Below the pieces are notes generated by a model, which saw only the letters and a program-made list of their open reading frames with translations, was not told the DNA's origin and did no database searches. The position numbers and the translations under genes were made by a program. A DNA stretch of 64,000 nt from Podospora anserina (lineage: Eukaryota). Below are positions 46,785 to 59,768 of this stretch, piece after piece (the first letter of the stretch is position 1; every line of letters begins with the position of its first letter). Location of the stretch: positions 7,750,001 through 7,814,000 of the forward strand of contig CM030332.1 in NCBI GenBank assembly GCA_017654855.1, given 5' to 3'.

Positions 46785-48549
46785 CTACTCCATGACACCC
46801 TCGGCGGTGGGCAGGGGGATGGCCTTGTAAAGGCAGATGAGCGCAGAGTGGGACTCGCCGCCTCCAGCAAGGGCATCGATCTTGTCCGACGTCACCTCGG
46901 TAACCTTGTCATCGTTGAACCACCACCACTTGCCGTCCTCAGGGCCGACTTTTCCAGTCACAGGATCCTTGGGCCCGACCTTCTTGATGTACGCCGTGTA
47001 ATGACCGCTGTCGGCACTGGCACCCTGATGAGTGACGACGCCGCGAAGTTCATAGATGCCAGACTGATTGGCGCCGTCGTCTTTGCGCAGCTCGGGGTCG
47101 ATGAGGGAGTTGAGCTCCTTCTTGGCCGCGAGGAGCGCGGCGTCTTTCTCGGCCTCGAACTCGGCATCAGTCTTGAAACTCTCGCCCATCTCCACGTCAC
47201 CGTCAGCCGACGTGGACGGCTTCTTTCCCTTCTCCTTCTTCTCCTGTTCCTTCTTCTCCTCGGGAGTCTGGTCCTCGACGGGGTTTCTCTTGCGACGCTT
47301 ACGGGCCCGCTCGACATCCTCCTCCTCCTTGCGCACCTCGCGAACCTTGTCACGGACTGGAACAAGAGCCTTCCTCAAGTCGTCGGTGCAGAACTCGACC
47401 ATGTCCAGCTCGTGCGGGAAGGTCACCTTGCGCATGATCTTGGCCTTCTTCTGGACGTCACGCTTCCAGAAGAAGCGCACAAAGTGAACTGTGAGGTACT
47501 TGGGTAACCGAGAGATCTTGGAGGTCTTGGTGTAGGTCACATCCCTCCCGAGAGCCTCTGATCGCTTCTCTATCTTCTCCTTGAGACCGTTGGCGAGGCC
47601 ATCCCTCAAATGCGCCGTCTGGCCGTCGATATGGCAGTTGAGCTTCAAGAACTGATCCTTGGAATGGGTCGGCTCCTCGCCCGCTTCGGCAGCGGCAGCG
47701 TCGTCGCATTCGAGTGTGCTGGACAGCTCTCCGCACATGTACTTGCTGATGAACGAGGCCTCGGCGGAAGAGCCTTCCCCGCCTTCCTTGATCTGGAGCT
47801 TCTGGTTCAACTGAGACACAATTTGCGACCAGGCCTCCTCAGCGTCTTGTTGGGCGTAGCCTGGCCCCTTCTTACTCTTCTCGGCGAACTGTGGGAACGT
47901 GGTGCGAAGGGCGCTCAAAAAGCCCAGTGGTGGCATTCCTTCCTGAGTTTTGGACATATCTCTGAACAGATTCCTCAGCTGGTAGGTGATATCAGCTCCC
48001 GGCGTGGTGGTGGTGAGACCGAGCTGCGAACCACTGGGCGCGGCATTTCGGAACTCGTACTTTTCGAGCGACTCTTGAAGTTCGGGGATGGAGCGCAAAG
48101 CCTGAAGTGTCGAATTCAAATAACAGGTGTTGCCCAGGTTGATAAGGCCGGCCGGTGTGGCTCCAGCTTGCTGCGCTTGCTCCGCCTCGGTCATGTCCTC
48201 GAGGAACTTGACCTTCTCTGTTGGGCGCACGATAGCACCTCCGCCCTCTCCTGGCGTTCCCATCATCATGATAACCTGACCGGGCTTGAGGCCCAGCTTG
48301 CTCATGTCGGTATCATCCTTCAGCTGGCCACCCTTGACGAGGATCTTTTGACGGTCGGGTTCGACACCTGTGAGACTGAAGAGCTGGTACTTGAGCTCTT
48401 CGCCGGGAGCGGTAGTATCGACCTCGACATCGTACTTCTTGGGCCCGTGCTTGATAACCACTTAACATGATCTATTAGTACCTACCCAAAGGTACACACA
48501 GGAACGAGGATGGAGGAAGGGTCGTTGACTTACCGTTGACTGTCGCCAT
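46785..48549 (-). CDS. UBP6: Proteasome-associated ubiquitin-specific protease Ubp6/USP14 (exons 48549-48534, 48460-46785)
   Basis: N-terminal UBL (LTGVEPDRQKILVKGGQLKDD), Cys box GLINLGNTCYLNSTLQ, QQDAEE, and His box HQGASADSGHY...WWWFNDDKV. Confidence 0.96.
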
Positions 48550-49024
48550 CCTGGTGGATTGCTGGCGTTTGCAAGTATGTGAGGAAAGTCTGTCCAAATT
48601 CGAATGCAGAATAGACAGCTGAAAGCTTCGAATTCTAAATCTTTTGCCCTGTAACCAAAGGCTCCCAAGGCAACCTTGAGATTCGTCACTTGGCTTGGAG
48701 GTTGTGGAGCGCGCGTGGAAGGCAAAGGAAAGGCGCGGGGTTGTCAGTGGTAACGACAGGGATTGCACCCACCGCCACAGCTGCGAAAACAGGGGGTTGC
48801 TGGGCTGAAGAGTATTACGTAACCCAGCCAGCCGGGTGCTTGGGCTGCTACGTACCTGTGCCGCCCCGCCCTGGCCCGCCTTACCGCAGCTCTCGACAAG
48901 CAAGGAGCTTGCCAAGGATACCCAGAGCGACGACGACAGCTCCAGGAGAGCATCATCCGCCAACACCACCACCGGATCACCAGGAAACAGTTAGATTTGG
49001 AGGCATCCTGCCAATACAGGCATC

Positions 49025-49826
49025 ATGGTGAGCTTCTCAGGACGCCCAGAGCTTCCAACATCCCAGACATCCAGAGTAGCCAAGCTGACATGCCGTATCC
49101 CCTGACAGTCGCAATCACTTCGACCGTATCTCCAGGCTGTCCGCAGCAGTCTGACCGCCGCCCTCTGCTTGTCCAACTTCGCGTCCCAAACCGCCGAAAG
49201 ACACAATGTTCCCGAAGTCGAGGCCCGAACATCACCTGAGGTTCTCTTGACGCCCCTGACGATTGCGCGCAACGACAACGAGCGGGTGCTCATTGAGCCC
49301 AGCATCAACAGTATTCGTATCAGCATCAAGATCAAGCAGGCCGACGAAATTGAACACATTCTTGTCCACAAGTTTACAAGATTCTTGACGCAACGCGCCG
49401 AGTCATTCTTCATTTTGAGGAGGAAGCCCATCAAGGTATGAGGGACCGCTGGGTCAACCTAGATGCCCCCCTTCCTCGCTTTGGCTGTCTTGGGACATCT
49501 TTCCGTGACTGACGCGTGTGTCTGCATCACAGGGCTATGACATTTCATTTTTGATAACCAACTTCCACACGGAGGAAATGCTCAAGCACAAGCTGGTTGA
49601 TTTCATCATCCAGTTTATGGAGGAGGTTGACAAAGAGATTTCAGAGATGAAGCTGTTTGTATGTTCCAGTTACGACTCTCTTCTATCGAGGACCACGCTA
49701 ATCATTGCCATCAGTTGAATGCGCGGGCTCGTTTCGTAGCGGAATCTTTCCTCACTCCAGTACGTCAAGCCGCCCCCCTTTCCAATGTCTTGGCATACCC
49801 TGACCGCCATTGTCCAGTTCGACTGA
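49025..49826 (+). CDS. ARC19: Arp2/3 complex 20 kDa subunit ARPC4 (exons 49025-49027, 49109-49435, 49533-49658, 49715-49759, 49818-49826)
   Basis: [39 protein letters not shown]...[66 protein letters not shown]. Confidence 0.96.
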
Positions 49827-51817
49827 GCGAACCCGCTTTTACACTACCTCACTTAAATTATTTTGCATGCAGTTGAACAGCTTTCCCTGATGTCACTACC
49901 CTTGTCGCTGTTATGGCTTCAGACCATCATGCTTGGCGTTTCTGGAGAAAAGAAGTTTGTAAGCGAGCCATTTCACGACTGTTACTATCCACGACACTTG
50001 TCATGGGTCCTTGCCGGTCTTTGGTCTAGAAATAAAGTCTGGGTTTAACAGAAGTCTCTCCCAATTTTCTCTGCGTTCCATCAGCCCAAACTACCTCCGT
50101 TACGCCATCCGCGGGCCGGGCCAGATGATGGCTGTGTTGATGGTCACACCACTGCGTACTTATGTTATCAGAGTTGGGTTATTGCCTCGACTCTCGGCCA
50201 CCATTCAAAGCCCTCGTCATCCAAGGGTGTTGCATGTTTACCTTGTTCGGCGTGAAGTGTGGACTTGGTTGGATCCGTGACCGCCTGGCCTTTGATTCCG
50301 TCTGAAATCCCGTCCTGTGTCAAGAATTTGGCAGGCGCGTTGCCAATTCTTTTGTTCAGATCGAGGCCAAGGACGTTTCATCTGAAGAGAAATCTGGTTC
50401 TTGCAGAGCACCTGGGAGTTCTAGGTAGGGGAGATAGCTCAATCCTACTCTGCCGTTCTGGTAATTCCATTCAACAGATTTACTCCTTAAGCTCTTCAAT
50501 TTTCTGTTCTCAGTTGAAACATCGATATCCCGATATCTTCGTTTCCTGCTGTTCTCTCGGAGCCAGCAAGATCATCACGCTCTCCGCCTTCTCAACCAGC
50601 TTTCGGAGTCTTCGAGGTCTTGTCACCATTCCCAACGTTCACATCCGTCTGGAGCTCAGGTAAGTCTGTTTGCTCTTGGTATTGTTCGGTTTGATATTCG
50701 CAATCCTCCCCTCTGCCGTCGATCATATCACCCTTTTCAGCCAGTGTCCAACTTGTGCCAGCCTCCCCTATTGTGTCTCGAGGACAATAGCCTCACTCGA
50801 CGACAACAATTGCTGCGAAGGGCTCTTGCCCCACAGAGCAAACAATAGGTCTCCCCCATCTCAATCACCCCAAACTCCCTCGCAGGTTCTTTCGAATACC
50901 TGAGGCACCAATGAATATTTAATCTAAGCCCTGAAGAACTTCCACGCCTTTCTTTCTTCCCCCGGAAACAAAATTCTCCCCCAAGCTTGCTCTCTCCCTG
51001 CAACACTCCGAGCCACCTCATTCTCTACTATCTTCCTGGCATCCAGCAGCCAACCAACTACCCGCAACTGCCACCTCCCAAGGTATTTATTCCTGAAAAC
51101 TCTGCAGACCCTTCTTTCTCTCTCCCCTTCCCACCCCACAAGTATCTCTCTCATCTTCCCATCCCACAACTTCCTCTCTCCTCTTCCCACTCCAAAACCT
51201 TTCTCTTTCTCTCAACCAAACACCTTGTGCCTCTCAGGTCGTCAATTGCCAACTCTCAAGAACTCGTCGCCACGCCGACCATCAAGGGGTACTTGTCGCC
51301 GACAACCAGGGGCTACCCGTCGTCGACTACATCTGTAAGTAAACATCTCCAGCCGCTCCTCTCCAGCCGCGAGCTCCGCTTTCCCCGGATTCATCCCCGC
51401 GAGGCGACATCATCCTTTCACATCCCCGTTAAACATCCCCGTCGACACCACATGGTTTGTTGCTCGGCGGCGACATCATTGACGGTCTACTTCTATTCCG
51501 GAAGCTCAACTCCCTTCTTCAAAGTCCGCACTCCTCCATTTCAACTCCCACTGCTCATATCTCCACTGTCCTCTTCCTTTCCCGTTCGACTTGCGACCTC
51601 AAAAGTCGCTCTTTTCACCGGCATACTCACTTTCTTTGCTTTCCTTCTTTTCCCATCAACTTGCGACCTCATGGCTCGCTTTTTTTCACCAACATTATCA
51701 CATTCTTTGCTTTGCTTTATTGCTACCCATGCTCGCGCATCATGACGCCCGATTACTTGTTTGAGCACTGACATGAGAAAAGGCTACCGGAGAAAGTCCT
51801 CGGCCAAGCAACCGAAG

Positions 51818-54800
51818 ATGAACTTCGCTGGACGTGGCCGCTTGACCGTGAGCGCCAACGGCTCTAACAAGAGTCAGTCTTCTGTCACCAGCTCTGGAAA
51901 GAGCCGTGAGCATACAGGCGGTGTGTCCCTTCATGAGCATGCTGAGGATCATGAGCAGCACACTGGTGGTGCCTCTCTTCACGAGGACACTGAGCGCACG
52001 ACTGGGGCCTCTCTCGCCGACAACAAGGAACCCGAGGGCGGCGTCTCTCTCAAGCACTTCGCCAACGACGCTTCCAGTGACAAGAAGAACAGCGGTGTCA
52101 ATGGGAGCGCGCGCAACGACTCTGACCAGGCGTCTTTGTCTTCAGTGAGAACTGCCAGTGCCTTTTCCCACCGCCACAAGGCTATGTCAGTCTCCGGCCA
52201 GAACATGGGCCACGACATGGAGACCATTCAGGTTTGTTTTCGTGACCGTTTGCTATCTCACAACAGCTAACAGGTCCCATCAGGAGAGCCACACCCCGGT
52301 CCGTCGCGTCGGGTTGAAGTCTCCGATGGCTCCTCGTGTCTTCAATGGCTTCAGCAGAGGCACGGGACAGCGCTCTCTGCTCACTAGTCAGCACCTTGCC
52401 AGCGCGCAGCTCTGTACATCTCAACTCGGCCAGAGCACTTCTGCTCCCACTTTGCCATTTCTCGCCGTAGGACCCCCGACTCTCTTGTCTTGGTCACATC
52501 AGCTAACAATGAGCAGTCCCCACCCCAGCCTTCCATGGCCAAACCAGGTATGCCGCCCGGTGTCGTGAATGGCTCTTTCGGTATCCCTATGCCCTCTGCC
52601 TTCCTGGGATTCATTCATCATCCGATGGTGCCCGGTGGTGTTCCTCCTCCTACACCACTCGGGACGCCTTGTGGCGAGTCTTCCGCATTTTCTGCCGTTG
52701 TTGTCATTTTTTTCTTGTTCTTCTGTGCTCATGTGCTGACTGTCTTCTCCAGTCCCAGGTCTCACGAGCAATGCTGCCACGAACAATGCCGCTGCACCCC
52801 CAGCTCAGACTTCTCAGACAGGCCTCACTCCTAGCGCCAATTTTGTCCGCCCTGCCGCCCATGGAGGCCACGTTACTTATAACACCGGACCTATCTACAG
52901 CGGAATGGTTCCGCCTCCTGCTGGACTCAACAACGCCATCCCTCAGAGCCACTTCCCTGCTCACAGCAACGCTAGGCCTGTTGACGCTGGCAATGGCTCT
53001 GCTGCCTTCAAGCAGGACAACCCTCAAAGCCACCCGTCTGTTTACAACAACGTTGGACCTGTGCCTGCCGGCAATGGCTCCCAGGGCCTGTCTTCTCAGG
53101 TCAACCATCAATTCGGTCCCAACAGCGGCGCGATGCCTGCTCAAGAAAGCTACGTTGGCCGCAAGAACAATGTCAACACCCCTCATCGCGGTCATCAGGT
53201 TGGTCAGAACAACCACATGGCGAACCTCAACAACAGCAACATGGGACCTCCCCGAGGCGACAATAACCTTGCCCAGAACAACAGCACGGGTGTGCCTGGC
53301 CACAGCAATGCTGCTGCCCCAACTCCATCCAATGCCGGCACAACACTTCAGGCCTATTTCAATCCTGTCACAGGCCAGACAATGAGACTGGACGGAACCA
53401 TCTGGACTCCCCATGAGTCGAAGAAGGATAGGTACGCCGATCACTCCGTTTACAATCAGTCGGAGCCGCGAAACTTTGCACCTCGTCCGATGGGCATCCC
53501 AGTCATGTTTCCACCCCCTCCCAACTTCACCTCGGGCCCTGGGTCCAGCAGTCAAATCGGCGACATCATCACCAACCAGGCATTCACTGACCCCTTCACT
53601 TCGCCGGATTCGTCTGCGAGCAACGCTGTCAACGAAGCGGCGTACTTCCTTGCCAACTCGCACGAGATTGACTACAGCGAGTTGACTGAGGCTGAGCAGG
53701 AGTTGGAAGTCCAATGGGGATTGCTTCGAGACAAGCTCTCCGAACTCCGGACTATGGGTTCCAATGCCCTGAGAAGGTTGATCAATGGTGTTAACGGGAT
53801 CCCCACCACACCGGTCCTGCTCAATGTCATGAACTTTCCGTTCATTGAGAGTTCCAGTCAGTCGATGCCTGCTGTTTGGGGGGTCATCAAAATCAGCAAC
53901 GTGAGTTTGCTGTCTCTTGTGTTGATGCTTTACTTCGCCGGGCTGACATTTGTTGCAGATTCCATTCGGCACAATGCGAGCGGAGGTCATCGCTATGCTT
54001 GGCCGCAATTCGAAAATCATCACCGATGCGCAGGAGGGAGTCCATATCATTATGGAGCGTGTTACCTCGAAGACTGGGGATGCTTTCGTCGAGTTCAGCA
54101 GCATTCACGCTGCGACTCGCACCGTCGAGCGCCATCATGAGGCTATCCGCAAGCACCGCCAACCTCGCTTGGGCGATCGCCCCATCAAGATGACCATGTC
54201 TAGTCAGAAGGAGCTGATGGAGGCGCTTTTCCCCTTGTGCCGCGGCGTGAATTTCGACCATGGCTGCGTCACATTGCTCCCTGAAGACCCCGAAAACCCG
54301 TGGAACACTTTCCGCGGCTTTGTCATGGCGGAAGAGTTGAACCTTCTCATCAAGCACATCGAGGTGCCTTCTCGCTCACCTTACTCCAAGGACTGTCCCC
54401 AGCGCCCTTTTGAGTCGATGATCTCCACGCTCAAAAAGCTGCCGTGGTACGCCTCTCATCTGATCACTCTTGAACAGCGTCAGATTATCTATGATGCAAC
54501 CTTCCGGCTGATCGAGTTCCTCGGTGAGCTCCTCCAGAAGGGTGATGGGACCCCTGGAAAGCATCGCCAGCAGACGGTTCTGAATGAGCAGTTATACAAG
54601 CGTCTTGTTCACGCAGCAATGCTCTGCCCCGGATTCTCTGTCCTCCAGAAGGACAACATCGCCTACCTGGCGAACATGTCCGGACCGGCCATTGCCGAAT
54701 TCAACATGCCCCCCTTCTCCGAGTGCTGGGCGCACCTGTACAACTTGTGCCCTCGCCCTGGTGTCCCGGTCGACGTGCTTGAGTGGTACATCACCCTCAT

Positions 54801-55077
54801 CCGCGAGGAGACAGTTCGCTACGTCGACACACTCCCGGCGTCGGTACAGGCTTCTATCAAGGAGCGTGCGAAGGAGGACAGTCTTTACTTCGGGTATATG
54901 TGGCACGAGATCCAGCTTCCTCAGGGCAGGGAACTCGCCGCTATGACTCTTCGGGACGTGGCTGAAAAGGAGCTGGATGCCATCAAGCGGATCCTGGACC
55001 GAGCCGCCGCTAACACCCACGCTCCCCTGGTTACCGATGCTGCTGACCAGCATCCGGGTCACTACATCGTGATCTAA
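51818..55077 (+). CDS. Large fungal RNA-binding protein with N/Q/P-rich low-complexity region and an RRM-like domain; start uncertain
   Basis: Spliced ORFs join (introns ~52232-52283, ~52467-52516, 52674-52752, 53901-53958). RRM-like VIKISNIPFGTMRAEVIAMLG...VHIIMERVTSKTGDAFVEF...RLGDRPIKMTMSSQKELMEALFP. Confidence 0.75.
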
Positions 55078-55676
55078 AGCCGCACTTCCCCGCGGCTGGC
55101 TGCCATGAGCACTGCCGTGGGTATGTACGGCTAAGAACAGGGAACACTCCACCTTTCTGTTCTAGACGTCCTGAAGTACCATTCGCAACAACCTGGTACG
55201 ACTTGGTCCTTACGGCTATCATCCATTTCTCCCTGGCGGCTGTGGCTCTTTGCATTAGCGATTGTTGGTTTGTTTATGAAATTTCCTTCACGACACGCAA
55301 CGACTGCACAGAATCACGAACTTCATGAACGTAACCTTGATTCTTCCATGAAGATGGCGAGGAACGAACAATGGCCTTCAGAGCACACGGCAACCTTTCA
55401 CAATGGCACATCATCATCTTCTTCTCATCAAAGATTTTGGCTTTCGGCAAAGACGGAAAGTCAGGATGTTCCCTCTTGTTTGGGGTTGGCGGTTGTTGGA
55501 CAGGAGGACAGACAACACAGAGAACGGATAGGCATAGACGGGTTTTGCTTTTTTTCTTTGGCGATTCCTGTCGCGGTCGGTCTGCTCGGTCTTCTAGTTC
55601 GACATTTGTCTTTCTGATGGGAACAACCATTTTGCAGAGCTTTTCCTTTACCAAGGGTTCCAACATGGTGGAATTC

Positions 55677-55742
55677 TTTTCTTTCTTTCTTTTTTTTCTT
55701 TTTCTTTTTTTTCTTTTTCTTTTTTTTCTTTTTCTTTTTTTT
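55677..55742. repeat. Pyrimidine-only (T4-9C)n low-complexity tract in the 3' region of the RRM gene
   Basis: Visible run TTTTCTTTCTTTCTTTTTTTTCTTTTTC... Confidence 0.85.
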
Positions 55743-56724
55743 CCAGAAAACTCACCCACAAAAACACAAAAAAAACTCGAAACACCCACAAAACAATCAC
55801 CAAAAAAGTCGGAAAATTTTTGAGCATTCATATGAAAACACTTAGGCCTCTTTGGAACCCATTATCACTTGTCACAAATAGGAAAAGGTGGATTGAGCAT
55901 GAAACTGGAGATGCTTTTTGCGGGCTTTGGTCGGTAGAGAGTGGGAGCGGAGGAGCTTTCCTGGTGTATTTTAGACAATAAAGTCATTGGCCTATTATAT
56001 TTTTGTTTCCTGATGCATGCATGATGTGATATGATCTTGTGTGTGTTGATGATGCCCAGCAGGTAGTCCAAAACTTGTCCAAAGTAAACAGATCAATGAT
56101 GATGGGATAGCGGCGCCTTTTGCAGAAATAAAGTGCCGGTGACATCCAGCCACTTCAACCTACCTCATATCACCAGGAAATCAAGTCTCAAATCTTTCAT
56201 CAATGCTAATTTCTCCTCCTGTTCATCTTTTCCTCCACACCAAACAGCAGTGGCGACATCACCATGGTGACAGATTCAGGGGAAGCGGGTCCTCCAAACA
56301 CAGCAGAAAAAGGAGGCAGTGCACAGACACCCAGACCCAAGCCTATGACGTTGTTTTTTGTGCCACCGGTTTATGCCGACAATTACCCGCCGCTGCACAT
56401 ACGGATCCACGCGTTCCATCGTGCACGGCGAAAAAAAAAAAAGGGTTCAAGAATCCCGAGGGCCCTCTTATCTTATCGCCCACTGTCAGTTGATATACTT
56501 TCTTGCGATTCACTTTCCTTTCCACACCCAGCCTACCATCCCACTGCCATCAGCATTGCCGGCCACTGTCGCTAGCCGCCGAGTTGCGCTGCCAATATCT
56601 CAATATCATTCTACGGATTTGAAGGGAGGAAAAAACAAGACGAAAGCCGAGAACCCCGCCAAAAACCACGGCAGCAAAAACCTCGACGAGCGACAGTACC
56701 AGACACCACCACAACCTTTTCAAC

Positions 56725-57981
56725 ATGGCTACGGTTACCACCACCAGGACCCTACCTGGTGGCAACCAGAAGATGGAAGCCGTGTCCGGTGCTCCTGTAC
56801 AACTTCTTCAGTCCCGGGAGACCGGTGAGGTTGACCCCAGGCCAAAGCCTGGAGAAAGGCCAGCAGTCGCAAAGTCATGGGCACACTTTGTAGCTGGAGG
56901 GTAAGTGGCCTGTCGCATGCCCATGCCCAGACCCAACTAACCTCTTATCTCAGTGTCGGCGGCATGACAGCAGCAACCCTCACAGCCCCCCTCGACGTCC
57001 TCAAAACCCGCCTCCAATCCGACTTTTACCAAGCCCAGCTCAAGGCCTCCCGCGCCGCCCACGTCGGCCCCATGAACCCCCTCCGCACGGCAGTCTACCA
57101 CTTCAACGAAACCGCCTCGATCCTCGCGGCCGTGTACAAGGTAGAAGGCCCGCGCGCCTTGTTCAAGGGTCTCGGCCCCAACCTCGTCGGCGTCGTCCCT
57201 GCCCGCGCGATCAACTTCTTTACATACGGCAACAGTAAACGTTTGTTGGCTCAATGGTTCAATGATGGGAAAGACGACTCGACATACATCCACCTCTCCT
57301 CGGCCATCATAGCCGGTGTGGTAACGAGCACGGCGACGAACCCGATCTGGATGGTCAAGACGAGATTGCAGCTTGACAAGAACCTCGCGGCTGAGGGCGG
57401 GATCGCGACGAGGCAGTACAAGAACAGTTTGGACTGCATCAAGCAGGTGCTGAGGAATGAGGGCATTTACGGGCTCTACAAGGGCATGAGCGCGAGTTAT
57501 CTGGGCGTGGCCGAGTCGACCCTGCAGTGGGTGCTGTACGAGCGGGCGAAGAAGAGTCTGGCGAGGAGGGAGGAGAGGTTGGTGATTAGCGGGAAGGAGA
57601 GGACGTGGTGGGATACGACGGTGAGCTGGATGGGGAATGCGAGCGCGGCGGGAGGGGCGAAGTTGATTGCGGCCATTTTGACTTACCCTCATGAGGTGAG
57701 TTTTGTTACTGTCCATTTTTTTTTGGGAGGGTTCTCGAACGCTGACGAGATGGTAATAGGTTGCCCGGACAAGACTCCGTCAAGCGCCCATGGCGGACGG
57801 CAGACCAAAGTATACCGGCCTGGTTCAGTGCTTCAAGCTTGTGGCCAAGGAGGAGGGCATGGTCGGTCTCTATGGAGGCATGACGCCGCACCTGCTCAGG
57901 ACCGTCCCAAGTGCGGCCATCATGTTTGGCATGTACGAGGGCATCCTGAGACTGCTGCAACCTTCGCATCATGAGCCATGA
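56725..57981 (+). CDS. RIM2: Mitochondrial pyrimidine nucleotide carrier Rim2 (exons 56725-56900, 56954-57695, 57760-57981)
   Basis: SWAHFVAGGVGGMTAATLTAPLDVLKTRLQSDFY, LFKGLGPNLVGVVPARAINFFTYG, TNPIWMVKTRLQLD and TYPHEVARTRLRQAP: three carrier repeats with Rim2-type signatures. Confidence 0.93.
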
Positions 57982-59175
57982 GGATGACGACCGGGTCGAA
58001 AACGATGACGGCTGTACGGTCATAACTCTACGATGTGACCGACCCAGGCGCATATACCGACCTCCTCTCCTTACACCTCTGCACCACCAACAATCGATAC
58101 CCCACCTTTCTTTCAGCGACGTATTATTACGGAGAACATATGCTTTGGCGAGCGATTGGCGTATATAGGAGACACGGGGAACGACGGGAGACTGTGGGGG
58201 CGGGGGCGTGTTAATCCTCTTTTCGTACATTGGAAAGACTGGATGGGGCGGCAACAGCATGGGATGGTTCAAGAAGGCAAGCATGGCATCCGGCGTTTAG
58301 GTTGGGCTTCTGTTGGGTGGTTTTTATTTTTGGGTATATATGGGATGATGCGAGTAGGTTTGGCAACGGGATGATTACCCCTCTCACAGTTACTCTTTGT
58401 TGCTTGTAATGATACAAGGGAGGGATTAAATGTACGATACCTACGTCAGGGCGCATGATGCATGAAGGGAAAAAACGGGGGGAGGATGTATGCATTCAGC
58501 AGGGGAGGAAAGCTGGGGTTCTCAAATGGGTGGAAAAGAAAAGGAACGGAAAATTCACGGAAAGGACAAAAAGGTAAAACAGGATCCCTGCTCTTGAAAA
58601 AAGACAAATAAATCCAATATAAACATGGCAAATCAAGCCAAATTCACACTGAGCCGGAGTTCACGAGATAGTAAACTGTGATAGGGAAACTGGGAGGTGG
58701 AAAAACGGGATATCTCGAATTCAATGAAACCAAATAAAAGTCCAAAAGCTAAACCCTCAAGACACTCTCTCCTTGGCTTCCATTCTCCTCCGCTGGCAGT
58801 GAATCGACATGAAAGGAAACAAAACAAAACAAAACAAAACAAAACAGTACAACTGATGCAACAAACAACATTACTCGCCTCCTTTTTGGAAAAAATGACC
58901 AACCAAGCCCGCACACCATCATAACCCCGTCATGCTTTCTAATCATCCAACTTATACGACTCTGGAAACATCCCTTTAGGTGGTTTCTTTTGCAGCTTTT
59001 TCGGTCTCGTCTGCACAGAGAGTGATGGCTGCGGTGGCGCCGACACCGACCTGCTGATGTCCGTTGCCGCCCTCTCCCTCCCGCCAGACCACAACCGCGA
59101 AATAGCCCTCCCCGTCGTCGAAAAGCTGCTGCCGTTCGTAGAAACCGAAGCCGTCGTCTGATCCAATGTCGTTGC

Positions 59176-59177
<2 letters not shown>

Positions 59178-59220
<43 letters not shown>
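59178..59220. repeat. Hexanucleotide repeat (GTGGTC)n, read as (ACGACC)n = poly-Thr on the minus strand
   Basis: About 7 perfect units just downstream of SNX3. Confidence 0.9.
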
Positions 59221-59277
59221 ATTGGTAGTGGCAGTAGAACCCGAGTCAGTCCTCACCAGCTGCCCCGTGACCTCTCG

Positions 59278-59768
59278 TCACCAGGCGTTTCTATCCCAGT
59301 TTGGATCTGTCTCCCATGTTCAGCAACCTCCGTTTTCATGATAGACCCAAGAAAGAGAGCCAACCTACCCTGCACGAACCCGGCCAGAACCTTGCTCCCC
59401 GTCTGCAACAGCGGATGCCCAACCACAATCTTGAGAAACTTCTCCAGCCCGGCCCTCCTGCCCTCAATCACATCATCGCTGAACCTGTTCGTAAACACCT
59501 TCCCCGGCAGCGGCGGGATCGTAACCCTCGCGCTCTCCCTCTCGAGGATATCCCGAAAGTACTCAAAGTCGCTGTATCTCCTCCGGACCGTCGACTGCCT
59601 CAGCTTAAAAGCAGGGATGTTGGTCCGGCAGACGATCTCGTAGTCGGTGTACATGTGCCTACCGATACCGTGGGTGCGGGGGTTGCGGACTTCGATCTCG
59701 AGAAAGTTCTCGGGGGGACCGTAGATCTCGTCAAAGGACTGGGTGCGGGTGTCGGGGAGGGATTGCAT
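59278..59768 (-). CDS. SNX3: Sorting nexin-3, PX domain (exons 59768-59369, 59306-59278)
   Basis: [34 protein letters not shown]...[52 protein letters not shown]...[12 protein letters not shown]. Confidence 0.96.

Noticed and set aside
47610-48470. Long antisense ORFs over UBP6 (also over RIM2, SNX3, PRP21 and the RRM gene)
   Set aside because: Shadow ORFs expected from GC-rich codon bias on the opposite strand or frame of real genes.
55274-55831. ORFs with poly-K/R or poly-F stretches
   Set aside because: Translation artefacts of the T/C low-complexity tract in a 3' non-coding region.
58939-58960. Cryptic peroxisomal PTS1 at the end of the SNX3 readthrough tail
   Set aside because: The tail ends YKLDD, not an SKL-type tripeptide.
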